A stretch of DNA of 64,000 bases from Eledone cirrhosa. Taxonomy: Eukaryota. The translations under genes and the position numbers were made by a program. The stretch is from NCBI GenBank assembly GCA_964016885.1, contig OZ024742.1:930001-994000 (forward strand), in the 5' to 3' direction. Each line of letters begins with the position of its first letter. Positions within the stretch are counted from its first letter, which is position 1. This document shows positions 1-12,450 of the stretch, piece after piece. The notes under the pieces are model-generated. The model saw only the letters and a list, made by a program, of their open reading frames with translations. It was not told the origin of the DNA and did not search any database.

Positions 1-2756
1 CCCTATCTGTGACAGTGAGGCTACACACAATAGGGTACTGCTCCCTATCTGTGACAGTGGGGCTACACACAATAGGGTACTGCTCCCTATCTGTGACAGT
101 GAGGCTACACACAATAGGGTACTGCTCCCTATCTGTGACAGTGGGGCTACACACAATAGGGTACTGCTCCCTATCTGTGACAGTGAGGCTACACACAATA
201 GGGTACTGCTCCCTATCTGTGACAGTGGGGCTACACACAATAGGGTACTGCTCCCTATCTGTGACAGTGAGGCTACACACAATAGGGTACTGCTCCCTAT
301 CTGTGACAGTGAGGCTACACACAATATGGTACTGCTCCCTATCTGTGACAGTGGACATACACACAATAGGGTACTGCTCCCTATCTGTGACAGTGGACAT
401 ACACACAATAGGGTACTGATCCCTATCTGTGACAGTGGACATACACACAATAGGGTACTGCTCCCTATCTGTGACAGTGGGGCTACACACAATAGGGTAC
501 TGTTCTCTATCTGTGACGGTGGGGCTACACACAATAGGGTACTGCTCCCTATCTGTGACAGTGGACATACACACAATAGGGTACTGCTCCCTATCTGTGA
601 CAGTGGGGCTACACACAATAGGGTACTGCTCCCTATCTGTGACAGTGGACATACACACAATAGGGTACTGCTCCCTATCTGTGACAGTGGACATACACAC
701 AATAGGGTACTGCTCCCTATCTGTGACAGTGGACATACACACAATAGGGTACTGCTCCCTATCTGTGACAGTGGACATACACACAATAGGGTACTGCTCC
801 CTATCTGTGACAGTGGACATACACACAATAGGGTACTGCTCCCTATCTGTGACAGTGGACATACACACAATAGGGTACTGCTCCCTATCTGTGACAGTGG
901 GGCTACACACAATAGGGTACTGCTCCCTATCTGTGACAGTGGACATACACACAATAGAGTACTGCTCCCTATCTGTGACAGTGGGGCTACACACAATAGG
1001 GTACTGCTCCCTATCTGTGACAGTGAGGCTACACACAATAGGGTACTGCTCCCTATCTGTGACAGTGGACATACACACAATAGGGTACTGCTCCCTATCT
1101 GTGACAGTGGACATACACACAATAGGGTACTGCTCCCTATCTGTGACAGTGGACATACACACAATAGGGTACTGCTCCCTATCTGTGACAGTCGAGCTAC
1201 ACACAATAGGGTACTGCTCCCTATCTGTGACAGTGGACATACACACAATAGGGTACTGCTCCCTATCTGTGACAGTGGGGCTACACACAATAGGGTACTG
1301 CTCCCTATCTGTGACAGTGGGGCTACACACAATAGGGTACTGCTCCCTATCTGTGACAGTCGAGCTACACACAATAGGGTACTGTTCCCTATCTGTGACA
1401 GTGGACATACACACAATAGGGTACTGCTCCCTATCTGTGACAGTGGACATACACACAATAGGGTACTGCTCCCTATCTGTGACAGTGGACATACACACAA
1501 TAGAGTACTGCTCCCTATCTGTGACAGTGGACATACACACAATATGGTACTGCTCCCTATCTGTGACAGTGGACATACACACAATAGGGTACTGCTCCCT
1601 ATCTGTGACAGTGGACATACACACAATAGGGTACTGCTCCCTATCTGTGACAGTGGGGCTACACACAATAGGGTACTGCTCCCTATCTGTGACAGTGGGG
1701 CTACACACAATAGGGTACTGCTCCCTATCTGTGACAGTCGAGCTACACACAATAGGGTACTGCTCCCTATCTGTGACAGTGGACATACACACAATAGGGT
1801 ACTGCTCCCTATCTGTGACAGTGGACATACACACAATAGAGTACTGCTCCCTATCTGTGACAGTGGACATACACACAATAGGGTACTGCTCCCTATCTGT
1901 GACAGTGGACATACACACAATAGGGTACTGCTCCCTATCTGTGACAGTGGGGCTACACACAATAGAGTACTGCTCCCTATCTGTGACAGTGGGGCTACAC
2001 ACAATAGGGTACTGCTCCCTATCTGTGACAGTGAGGCTACACACAATAGGGTACTGCTCCCTATCTGTGACAGTGAGGCTACACACAATAGGGTACTGCT
2101 CCCTATCTGTGACAGTGGACATACACACAATAGGGTACTGCTCCCTATCTGTGACAGTGGACATACACACAATAGGGTACTGCTCCCTATCTGTGACAGT
2201 GGACATACACACAATAGAGTACTGCTCCCTATCTGTGACACTGGGGCTACACACAATAGGGTACTGCTCCCTATCTGTGACAGTGAGGCTACACACAATA
2301 GGGTACTGCTCCCTATCTGTGGAGTGGACATACACACAATAGGGTACTGATCCCTATCTGTGACAGTGGACATACACACAATAGAGTACTGCTCCCTATC
2401 TGTGACAGTGGACATACACACAATAGGGTACTGCTCCCTATCTGTGACAGTGGACATACACACAATAGGGTACTGCTCCCTATCTGTGACAGTGGACATA
2501 CACACAATAGAGTACTGCTCCCTATCTGTGACACTGGGGCTACACACAATAGGGTACTGCTCCCTATCTGTGACAGTGAGGCTACACACAATAGGGTACT
2601 GCTCCCTATCTGTGACAGTGGACCTACACACAATAGGGTACTGCTCCCTATCTGTGAGAGTGGAGCTACACACGATAGGGTACTGCTCCCTATCTGTGAC
2701 AGTGAGCCTACACACAATAGGGTACTGCTCCCTATCTGTGACAGTGGATCTACACA
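1..2756. repeat. 42-bp minisatellite, about 65 copies, truncated by the window start
   Basis: Unit CCCTATCTGTGACAGT[GGACAT/GGGGCT/GAGGCT]ACACACAATAGGGTACTGCT; 14-aa periodic ORFs. Confidence 0.97.
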
Positions 2757-3140
2757 GACATCATAAACCACAGCCCAAAACCAACCATCTGACTGATATG
2801 GCCATTCACCAACAGGAACCTCACAGACATGCTGTGTCTCCTTATCTCTTCTACTACTCTGGCCTCTACTCCATTACAGCCCCCACCTCACCATCACCAG
2901 TATTTTTCTTCCTTTTATCACAGAGAGTGTCAACCCCAACACCACCAGACACAGGAATAACCTTGGGAGTCCAGTCCTTCCTTTCACGAGGGAGGGGACT
3001 GCGAGAGAGAGAAGGGAAGAATGAGAGGGATGGTGTGAGAGGAAGAGTGGAATATAGAGAGAAAGAGAGGGATGTAATGATAGACAGACTATATATTTAT
3101 TTTTAACTCTGCACTGAATGACAAGTATTTCGAGAGAGGT

Positions 3141-3302
3141 AGTGATGGTCATGGTGGGAGGGGATGGAGGGAAGTGATGGTCATGGTAGGAGGGGATGGA
3201 GGGAAGTGATGGTCATGGTAGGAGGGGATGGAGGGAAGTGATGGTCATGGTAGGAGGGGATGGAGGGAAGCGATGGTCATGGTGGGAGGGGATGCAGGGA
3301 AG
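3141..3302. repeat. 32-bp G-rich tandem repeat, 5 copies
   Basis: GTGATGGTCATGGTAGGAGGGGATGGAGGGAA repeated. Confidence 0.9.
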
Positions 3303-4182
3303 CTTTAACTCATCATCATTAATTAATAATATTTTCTCTATCCTAAGTAGTAGACTTCAGTTTAATTAGTTTCATCTCTACCTCTAACGATTTACTAATC
3401 ACACACATATACACACACGTATACACACACACTGGTGATATTATTATTATTACTGATGGTTTACCCAGTAAATATGTTAATTACAGACCATCTATTACCT
3501 GCATAGGTATAATATATATATGCTGTACCTAATAGGGCAGTCTTTGCCTGTCAGATCTCAACAAGGACCTTAAACAGACAGGCTATTTTCCAGAGTATCT
3601 CTGTGTTGTACCCAACAGGGCATGGCACACATACACTCATTAGTACTGCAACAAATTTACTATCATTTCCCTCCTGACTTCATTCCAAACATTTTACTCC
3701 ACTTCGAACGAATTTATAAACATTACTCCATATATTGAGTGCTTTAAACTTCCATTGGAAAATACACACACACACACACACACACACATTAATAGAACTA
3801 AGAAATAAAATCCGATTTGGTTTAAACCCGTATAGTATGAATATTGAGAAGCATTTCCATTTAATTAAGCATAATACACACATAACTCTAACTCTATAGA
3901 ATAAACCTAACATCCTGTCTCTGGTAAAAAAAATATTTTATCAGAACTCATCAATAACAAAGTTTTTAATAAATATAATGTTAAGGTAAGCTAAAGTTGC
4001 TTGAAAAACATCACATTTCAAATATCCAACCAGAAGAAAGGACTCTTTATCCAGTGACAACCAAGGTCTAACAAGACAACTACACAGGTGTAGAGTCTCC
4101 ATTCATAAAACACAAGACAACTACACAGTTGTAGAGTCTCCATTCATAAAACATGTACATCATTATATAACCTTTAAAAAGT

Positions 4183-4383
4183 AATAATTGTTTCTGATTT
4201 AGGCACAAGGCCAGACATTTGAAGGAGAGGGGAAAGTCGCTTAAATCGACCCCAGTGCATTACTGGTACTTTATTTTATTAACCACATAAGGACAAAAGG
4301 CAAAGCTAACCTCAGTAGGATTTCAACTCAGAACATAAAGGAATGAAACTATATACTGCAAAGCATGGTGTCCGAAGCTCTAT
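4183..4383 (-). mobile_element. tRNA-derived SINE family A, older copy
   Basis: Reverse complement shows a B-box-like TGAGTTGAAATCC, the body CTTTGCCTTT...AAGTACCAGT...TGGGGTCGAT and a (ATT)n tail; homologous to 4384-4576 and 37860-38082. Confidence 0.8.
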
Positions 4384-4576
4384 AATAATAATTGTTTCTA
4401 CTTTAGGCACAAGGCCAGCAATTATCCAGTGCATTACTGGTACTTTATTTTATCGACCCTGTAAGGATGAAAGGCAAAGTCAACCTCGGCGGGATTTGAA
4501 CTCAGATCGTAAAGGGACGTAACTATGCTGGAAAGCATGGCGTCCGACCCTCTACCGATACTGCCAATCCACCGCC
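4384..4576 (-). mobile_element. tRNA-derived SINE family A, young copy with target-site duplication
   Basis: Head GGCGGTGGATTGGCAGTATCGGTAG, B box GAGTTCAAATCC; flanked by the direct repeat CCGAAGCTCTATAATAATAAT (4372, 4576). Confidence 0.85.
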
Positions 4577-4839
4577 CGAAGCTCTATAATAATAATGATT
4601 TCTTTTATCAGCTGGGGGTGTACAAGATGTATTACAACACAAAGTGGGGTTTACATTGAGTCAGAAGTTTTGAAATGAACAATATCACTATATCTCCCAT
4701 AATGAAATTCCCCAACAACCCACTGAGGGTAATTCGGGACACAAAGCCCACACAAAAATCCTGAATTATGTGACACCATTGAAAGTCCCTCTCCTATTTG
4801 AACAATAACAGAGTAGGCCCATTTAACCTCATCTCATGA

Positions 4840-4986
4840 CCTAGCAGTTTGACAAACTGAGGTTGACAAAACAAGTACCAGAATTAAAAGTAAGTACTGG
4901 AGTTGATATAATGAACTAAATCTCTTCAAGATGGTACCCCAGCATGGCCACAGTCAAACGAGTGAAACCAGTAAAAGAATAAAAAA
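4840..4986 (+). mobile_element. SINE family B 3' fragment
   Basis: ...AAGTACTGG...CCAGCATGGCCACAGTC...GAAACCAGTAAAAGAATAAAA tail shared with 27650-27800, 38100-38270 and 56020-56110. Confidence 0.65.
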
Positions 4987-5003
4987 CTATCTATTATTAT
5001 TAT

Positions 5004-5230
5004 CACGGAGGATTGGAGTAATCGGTAGAGCATCGGAAAACATGCTTTGTGGCATACAGTTACATCCCTTTGTATTCTAAGTCAAAATCCAGCTGAGGTT
5101 AGCTTTGCTTTTCATCTTTATGGGGTTAATAAAATAAAGTACCAGTAATCCACTGGGGTCAATTTAATTGATTTTCCCCTCCCTAAAATTGTTGGTGTTG
5201 TACCTAAATCAGAAACCATTATTATTATTG
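5004..5230 (+). mobile_element. tRNA-derived SINE family A copy
   Basis: Same head, body and (ATT)n tail as 4384-4576, opposite orientation. Confidence 0.8.
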
Positions 5231-5662
5231 TGGTTACAGAATAATGAATTCAAAGTGAAACTACCAATGCCTGCGTTCGTTATGTATGACTCTACCACAG
5301 TGTGTTTCAACACTCTCAGTGTAAATACACAACAGCAACTCAGATGAAACTACTTGAGAAACAGGTGCAACTGAAGAATTTGTAAATATAGCAAAGTAGT
5401 GGTGCTGAGGTGGGCGAGTGAACCAAACAAACTCACCAGATTATTGTCAGGTGAGTCTTTAATGTAGTCTATTTTGTAATCATTAGAAGCTTGAAGCAAA
5501 ACTTGAAAATATTAATTCTAATTAAGCCATTAATAAGCAACTAATTAGAAATAAAGAAAAAAAGAACAACTTAGAGAAAGAAACCTTAATTAAATCCATG
5601 CAATTAGTCCATGCTAGAAAAATTAATGAAAACTTCAAGTCTTTTACTGAGCAGTCAACATA

Positions 5663-5731
<69 letters not shown>

Positions 5732-6087
5732 CTCCCTCTTACATCTGAAAAGTTAGACGTGATTGCTTACATCTAATGAAACCAATAGTAATGTCCAAAT
5801 AAGTCAAAATGTTAATATATGCATGTGTGTGTATACATATGTATGTGTATAAATATATATATATACACATTTATACACATATGTACATGTATGTGTATAT
5901 ATACACATTTATACACGTGTATGTGTATAAATGTATATATACACATTTATACACATATGTATGTGTATAAATGTGTATATATACACATATGTATGTGTAT
6001 ACATATATAGTTGAAAAAAGGAAAAGAATGACTTCACTCGAGGTTCTAAACAATTTAATTTAATTTTGTAATTTTACAATTTGGTTT

Positions 6088-6124
<37 letters not shown>

Positions 6125-6214
6125 GTCTAACCCATGCTAGCATGGAAGAACGGACGTAAAATGGTGATGATGATGGTGATGATATATATATATACATATA
6201 TATTTTTAAAGATG

Positions 6215-6470
6215 ACTAACAACAAAACTTTCTTTCTCCACGCTCTACAGTTTTCTCCATTTTATTTTATTCTCATCTGTTTTGTCCTTGTCTTGTCCTT
6301 TCTTTCCCAAACACTCTAACTTCTCTTTCTATCTTCTGATGAAAGACCAGCATTCGAAACATGAACACCTTTTGCCCTCTATATAAAGTATTAAACTTAT
6401 ATACCATCAATGTACTGTATTGTTCCCTCTGTTGTTTTTCCTTGTTGACTTCACTCGTATTATAAATTTA
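6215..6470 (+). mobile_element. Dispersed repeat with degenerate hammerhead-like core (Penelope terminal-repeat-like)
   Basis: CTGATGA-aagaccagcattc-GAAAC at 6336-6360; homologous reverse copies near 36545-36740 and 53700-53920. Confidence 0.55.
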
Positions 6471-6984
6471 CATACACACACAGACATATATATGTACATA
6501 CATGTTTGTATGTATGGATAGTTTTGGAAATCTTCCGATAAAGAAAGGGGTAACTTTTAACAAAGAAACAAACTTCTATCATTGACATTTAAATAAGAAA
6601 CATTAACAAGTTACATGATGGACTTTTGAGAAGTCTTATAGATCTTCACAGTTCTACTGACTTATATTTGTAGAATCCATGGTAGTTGGTCTCTGTATAA
6701 CAGTTTCACACTCCAACTTTATATGGAGACACACACTAGCACAGACACACAGATACTCTTGCACAGACAGTTACACAAATACTCTGAGTCATGTAAATCA
6801 AAAGACACAGATTTATTTTTAATTTCTACAAGATTCAATAAATTTCATTAATTTAATTCAAAATAACTTTTTTTTTTCACTTTAACGAATCCTTCATTCT
6901 TTCAATGAAGGGCTGAGAACTGTTGGTGGAGTAATATGGGCAGATATTTTAAACGGGTAGAGGCCCAGTCTGAACAGTTAATTC

Positions 6985-7155
6985 CTTTTTCCAGAGAAAG
7001 GAAGAGAGGGAAGAATCAACCCCAGTATTCTACTGGTACTTTATTGACCTCAAAAGAATGAAATGTAGAGTTGACCTCAGCAGGATTTGAACTCAGAACT
7101 GGAACAAATACTGTAAAGCACTCCATCCAACATTCTAAAGACTCTACCAATTCAT
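6985..7155 (-). mobile_element. SINE family A, degraded
   Basis: CTGGTACTTTATTGACC...GACCTCAGCAGGATTTGAACTCAGAAC. Confidence 0.7.
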
Positions 7156-8116
7156 CTCCTATAGTAAGATCCCTAAATAACAGAAACCATTCCAATGTTT
7201 TGTATTGTTAGGAAACAAGTTTTAACACGTTTGGTGAAATCTCAAAAAAAAAAAAAATGAAAATACAAGCATATTAAAAGAGAGAGAAATACCAGCATGT
7301 ACAACAATATCAACAGCATCAATAACAGCAGTGCTTCTCATGCACAAATAATATATCAATAACAACAGCATGACAACAAATTGGTCAGCCAACATAGTCT
7401 TCTTGAAGCAGAGATGTAATCCATTTCTTAAACCAGAGTACAATGGTTAAACAATTCTGACCATTGTTCTTAAAAAATATCCAGGAAAATATTCCCAATT
7501 CAAACTTAGAATTCTATGTGAGAAAACATTAACCCTTAATGTCCTATACCACATGAAACCACATTACCGTGACATTCTTGAAATGTACAAAACAGTACTG
7601 TGATAACAACTCTATAACTGTATCACATTAAAAACGAATGTCATTCATATTGTAAATTCTCACAATGATCTATCCACTAGTAAAGATACTCTAAACATAT
7701 GGATTAACTCTTAAGAACACACTATACTGCAGGAGACTGCATCAGAAAGACAGTCTTAAAAGTAAAAAACATACCAACAACTGCATCACATGAAAAGTTA
7801 AACATTTTACTCTAATACCGCAAATGTTCCCTAACGATCTGGTCACAAAGACACTATAAACATTTGAATGTTTATAGTGTGCTCTAATTCTGAAAAATAT
7901 CTCATCACTGAGCCAGATATTGGGTGGTATGATGTTGCACTGCCGTAGGTGGCCAAAGCAACACATGATAGTGTGATATCAGAAAATCTATATATATATA
8001 TATACATTATATGCTGTCTACTTTTTTCTGTCTCCAGCGGCCCACACACCCAACTGAGACTATTTTAATAGTCAACATGTGTTGAAGCTGTTAACTTAAT
8101 ATTCAATACATATATA

Positions 8117-8155
<39 letters not shown>

Positions 8156-8277
8156 TAAAATAACAGATTAAACTTTAATCTGTTATTTTAATAAATATTT
8201 GCTCTAGGGTTCTTATATATTTGATTTATATTTATCCTTATCGAGCCCTCTTTGGATTTTAGTCTTCAAATTTATTA

Positions 8278-8347
<70 letters not shown>

Positions 8348-9055
8348 ATAAAATTTTCGCTCTACATAGCTGAATACAATAAATGTAATCTGAGTTTTTT
8401 GAATATTAATAATAATATTCAATTCGTTTGCAATTATGCAAAAAAGCCTCATTTTTAAAGCCATGTCAGTAGAATGAGCCCCTCATTCTTGCTCTTGCGT
8501 TGGCATGTAAACAGAACTGTATATATATATATAATGCATGTATATATATATATATATACACAAACACACATTTTTTATACTGATGATTTTATACATTCTT
8601 GATGGGAATATTCAATGTCCTGTGACAACTGACTCTCTCCACCCCCTCCAGCTCCCACCCCACCCATACTTTCCTCTGCCCTACTCAACCCCCACCCAGG
8701 CTTCTGTCTCCCTCTCCCTCTCGTGCTTTCTGTAGTACTGGTTTGTCAACTGTCATCTTTGTCCTCCTGATGTTCTCAAGACAGACAGACAGACAGAGTT
8801 CAACAAACCTCTACCACCACAGTCGCCGCCACCATTGCTACCACTACCAACGGTGCCGCCACCGCAACCACCAAGAAAGCAGCAATGGTAACAGAGGGAG
8901 ATGGGTGCCGCTCCAATCCCTCAACCCAAACCTACTGGAATACAGCATGCCTCAAGAAGAAATGTAGCAGTGGCAGCATTATTATGTGGACTTGCCTGTG
9001 TGTAAGGGGGATTCTGATCATACCGGGTGCAAGATGGGGCAGGGGAGAGGTCTAC

Positions 9056-9169
9056 CTGATGTTCACTGTTGTGGCGCTTGGCAAGGAGAGCATGGTTGAC
9101 CTTCAGTACGATCCAGTCAAAGAGCACACCATATAAACATTTAGCAAGTGCATCTCTGGTAGCAATTGC
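9056..9169 (-). CDS. MYO9: Myosin IX-like motor domain exon (last found in window)
   Basis: tttttcag|GCA ATT...CAT CAG|gtagac; [38 protein letters not shown], the RDALAK-x-LY-xx-LFDWIV motif; the following switch-II DIFGFE exon was not found in the window. Confidence 0.93.
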
Positions 9170-9242
9170 CTGAAAAATACACAAGAGAAACACTATTACA
9201 AAACAGAGTTAACAGATGAGCAATGGCATATAATAGTTATAT

Positions 9243-12200
9243 AATACTAATGTACAATACTAATAACATACTATAGTAACATACATTACTAATATACTAT
9301 ACTAATAACATACAATAGTAACATACATTACTAATGTACAATACTAATAACATACTATAGTAACATACATTACTAATATACTATACTAATAACATACTAT
9401 AGTAACATACATTACTAATATACTATACTAATAACATACTATAGTAACATACATTACTAATATACTATACTAATAACATACTATAGTAACATACATTACT
9501 AATATACTATACTAATAACATACTATAGTAACATACATTACTAATATACTATACTAATAACATACTATAGTAACATACATTACTAATATACTATACTAAC
9601 ATACAATACTAATAACATACAATAGTAACATACATTACTAATATACTATACTAATAACATACAATAGTAACATACATTACTAATATACTATACTAATAAC
9701 ATACTATAGTAACATACATTACTAATATACAATACTAATATACTATACTAATAACATACTATAGTAACATACATTACTAATATACTATATTATAACATAC
9801 AATAGTAACATACGTTACTAATATACAATACAAATAACATACTATAGTAACATACGTTACTAATATACAATACTAATATACTATACTAATAACATACTAT
9901 AGTAACATACATTACTAATGTACAATACTAATAACATGCAATAGTAACATACATTACTAATATACTATACTAATAACATACAATAGTAACATACATTACT
10001 AATGTACAATACTAATAACATACTATAGTAACATACATTACTAATGTACAATACTAATAACATACTATAGTAACATACATTACTAATGTACAATACTAAT
10101 AACATACAATAGTAACATACGTTACTAATATACTATACTAATAACATACAATAGTAACATACATTACTAATGTACAATACTAATAACATACTATAGTAAC
10201 ATACATTACTAATGTACAATACTAATAACATACAATAGTAACATACATTACTAATATACAATACTAATAACATACAATAGTAACATACATTACTAATATA
10301 CAATACTAATAACATACTATAGTAACATACATTACTAATATACAATACTAATAACATACTATAGTAACATACATTACTAATATACAATACTAATAACATA
10401 CTATAGTAACATACATTACTAATATACTATACTAACATACAATACTAATAACATACTATAGTAACATACAATACTAATATACTATACTAATAACATACTA
10501 TAGTAACATACATTACTAATATACTATACTAATAACATACAATAGTAACATACATTACTAATATACTATACTAATATACTATACTAATAACATACATTAC
10601 TAATATACTATACTAATAAACTATACTAATAACATACAATAGTAACATACATTACTAATATACTATACTAATAACATTCAATAGTAACATGCGTTACTAA
10701 TATACTATACTAACATACAATACTAATAACATACTATAGTAACATACAATACTAATATACTATACTAATAACATACTATAGTAACATACATTACTAATAT
10801 ACAATACTAATAACATACTATAGTAATATACATTACTAATATACAATACTAATAACATACAATAGTAACATACATTACTAATATACAATACTAATAACAT
10901 ACTATAGTAACATACATTACTAATATACTATACTAATAACATACTATAGTAACATACATTACTAATATAGTATACTAATAACATACTATAGTAACACACA
11001 TTACTAATATACTATACTAACATACAATACTAATAACATACTATAGTAACATACAATACTAATATACTATACTAATAACATACTATACTAACATACTATA
11101 CTAATAACATACTATAGTAACATACAATACTAATATACTATACTAATAACATACTATAGTAACATACATTACTAATATACAATACTAATAACATACTATA
11201 GTAACATACATTACTAATGTACTATACTAACATACCATACTAATAACATACTATAGTAACATACAATACTAATATACTATACTAATAACATACTATAGTA
11301 ACATACATTACTAATATACTATACTAACATACAATACTAATAACATACTATAGTAACATACAATACTAATATACTATACTAATAACATACAATAGTAACA
11401 TACGTTACTAATATACTATACTAATAACATACAATAGTAACATACGTTACTAATATACTATACTAACATACTATAGTAACATACATTACTAATGTACAAT
11501 ACTAATAACATACGATAGTAACATACATTACTAATATACAATACTAATAACACACTATAGTAACATACATTACTAATATACAATACTAATACCATACATT
11601 ACTAATATACAATACTAATATACTATACTAATAACATACTATAGTAACATACATTACTAATATACAATACTAATATACTATGCTAATAACATACTATAGT
11701 AACATACATTACTAATATACAATACTAAGAACATACTATAGTAACATACATTACTAGTATACAATACTAATAATATACTACAGTAACATACATTACTAAT
11801 ATACTATACTAATAACATACTATAGTAACATACATTACTAGTATACAATACTAATAACATACTATAGTAACATACATTACTAGTATACAATACTAATAAC
11901 ATACTATAGTAACATACATTACTAATATACTATACTAATAACATACAATAGTAACATACATTACTAATATACTATACTAAGAACATACTATAGTAACATA
12001 CATTACTAGTATACAATACTAATAACATACTATAGTAACATACATTACTAATATACTATACTAATAACATACTATAGTAACATACATTACTAGTATACTA
12101 TACTAATAATATGCTATAGTAACATACATTACTAATATACTATACTAATAACATACTATAGTAACATACATTACTAGTATACTATACTAATAATATGCTA

Positions 12201-12280
12201 TAGTAACATACATTACTAATATACTATACTAATAACATACTATAGTAACATACATTACTAATATAAAATACTAATAATAT
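9243..12280. repeat. AT-rich 42-bp minisatellite (about 3 kb)
   Basis: Unit ACTAATATACTATACTAATAACATACTATAGTAACATACATT built from 13-15-bp subrepeats. Confidence 0.96.
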
Positions 12281-12450
12281 AGAATAGAAATACATAATGC
12301 CTTACAGAATGTTAGTAGAGATGTCTAATATAGATTGATACTTTATAGAATGGTGTTTATCATCCTTCTATGTCTGTATGGCCTAACAAACAAAATCAAT
12401 ATTTAATAAGAGATAGTCCTCCTAGTCTGGCATTTGTTCACCCAACAATC

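Noticed and set aside
326-2350. 674-aa and 637-aa ORFs
   Set aside because: By-products of a 42-bp stop-free repeat; overlapping frames are open; no domain
4070-4152. About 41-bp tandem duplication
   Set aside because: Ordinary two-copy slippage with no associated signal
5400-5460. GTGAGT donor-like sites on both strands
   Set aside because: No matching acceptor or ORF with recognisable homology
7472-7486. Candidate switch-II (LDIF) myosin exon
   Set aside because: CTG GAT ATT TTT is immediately followed by TAA; no GFE
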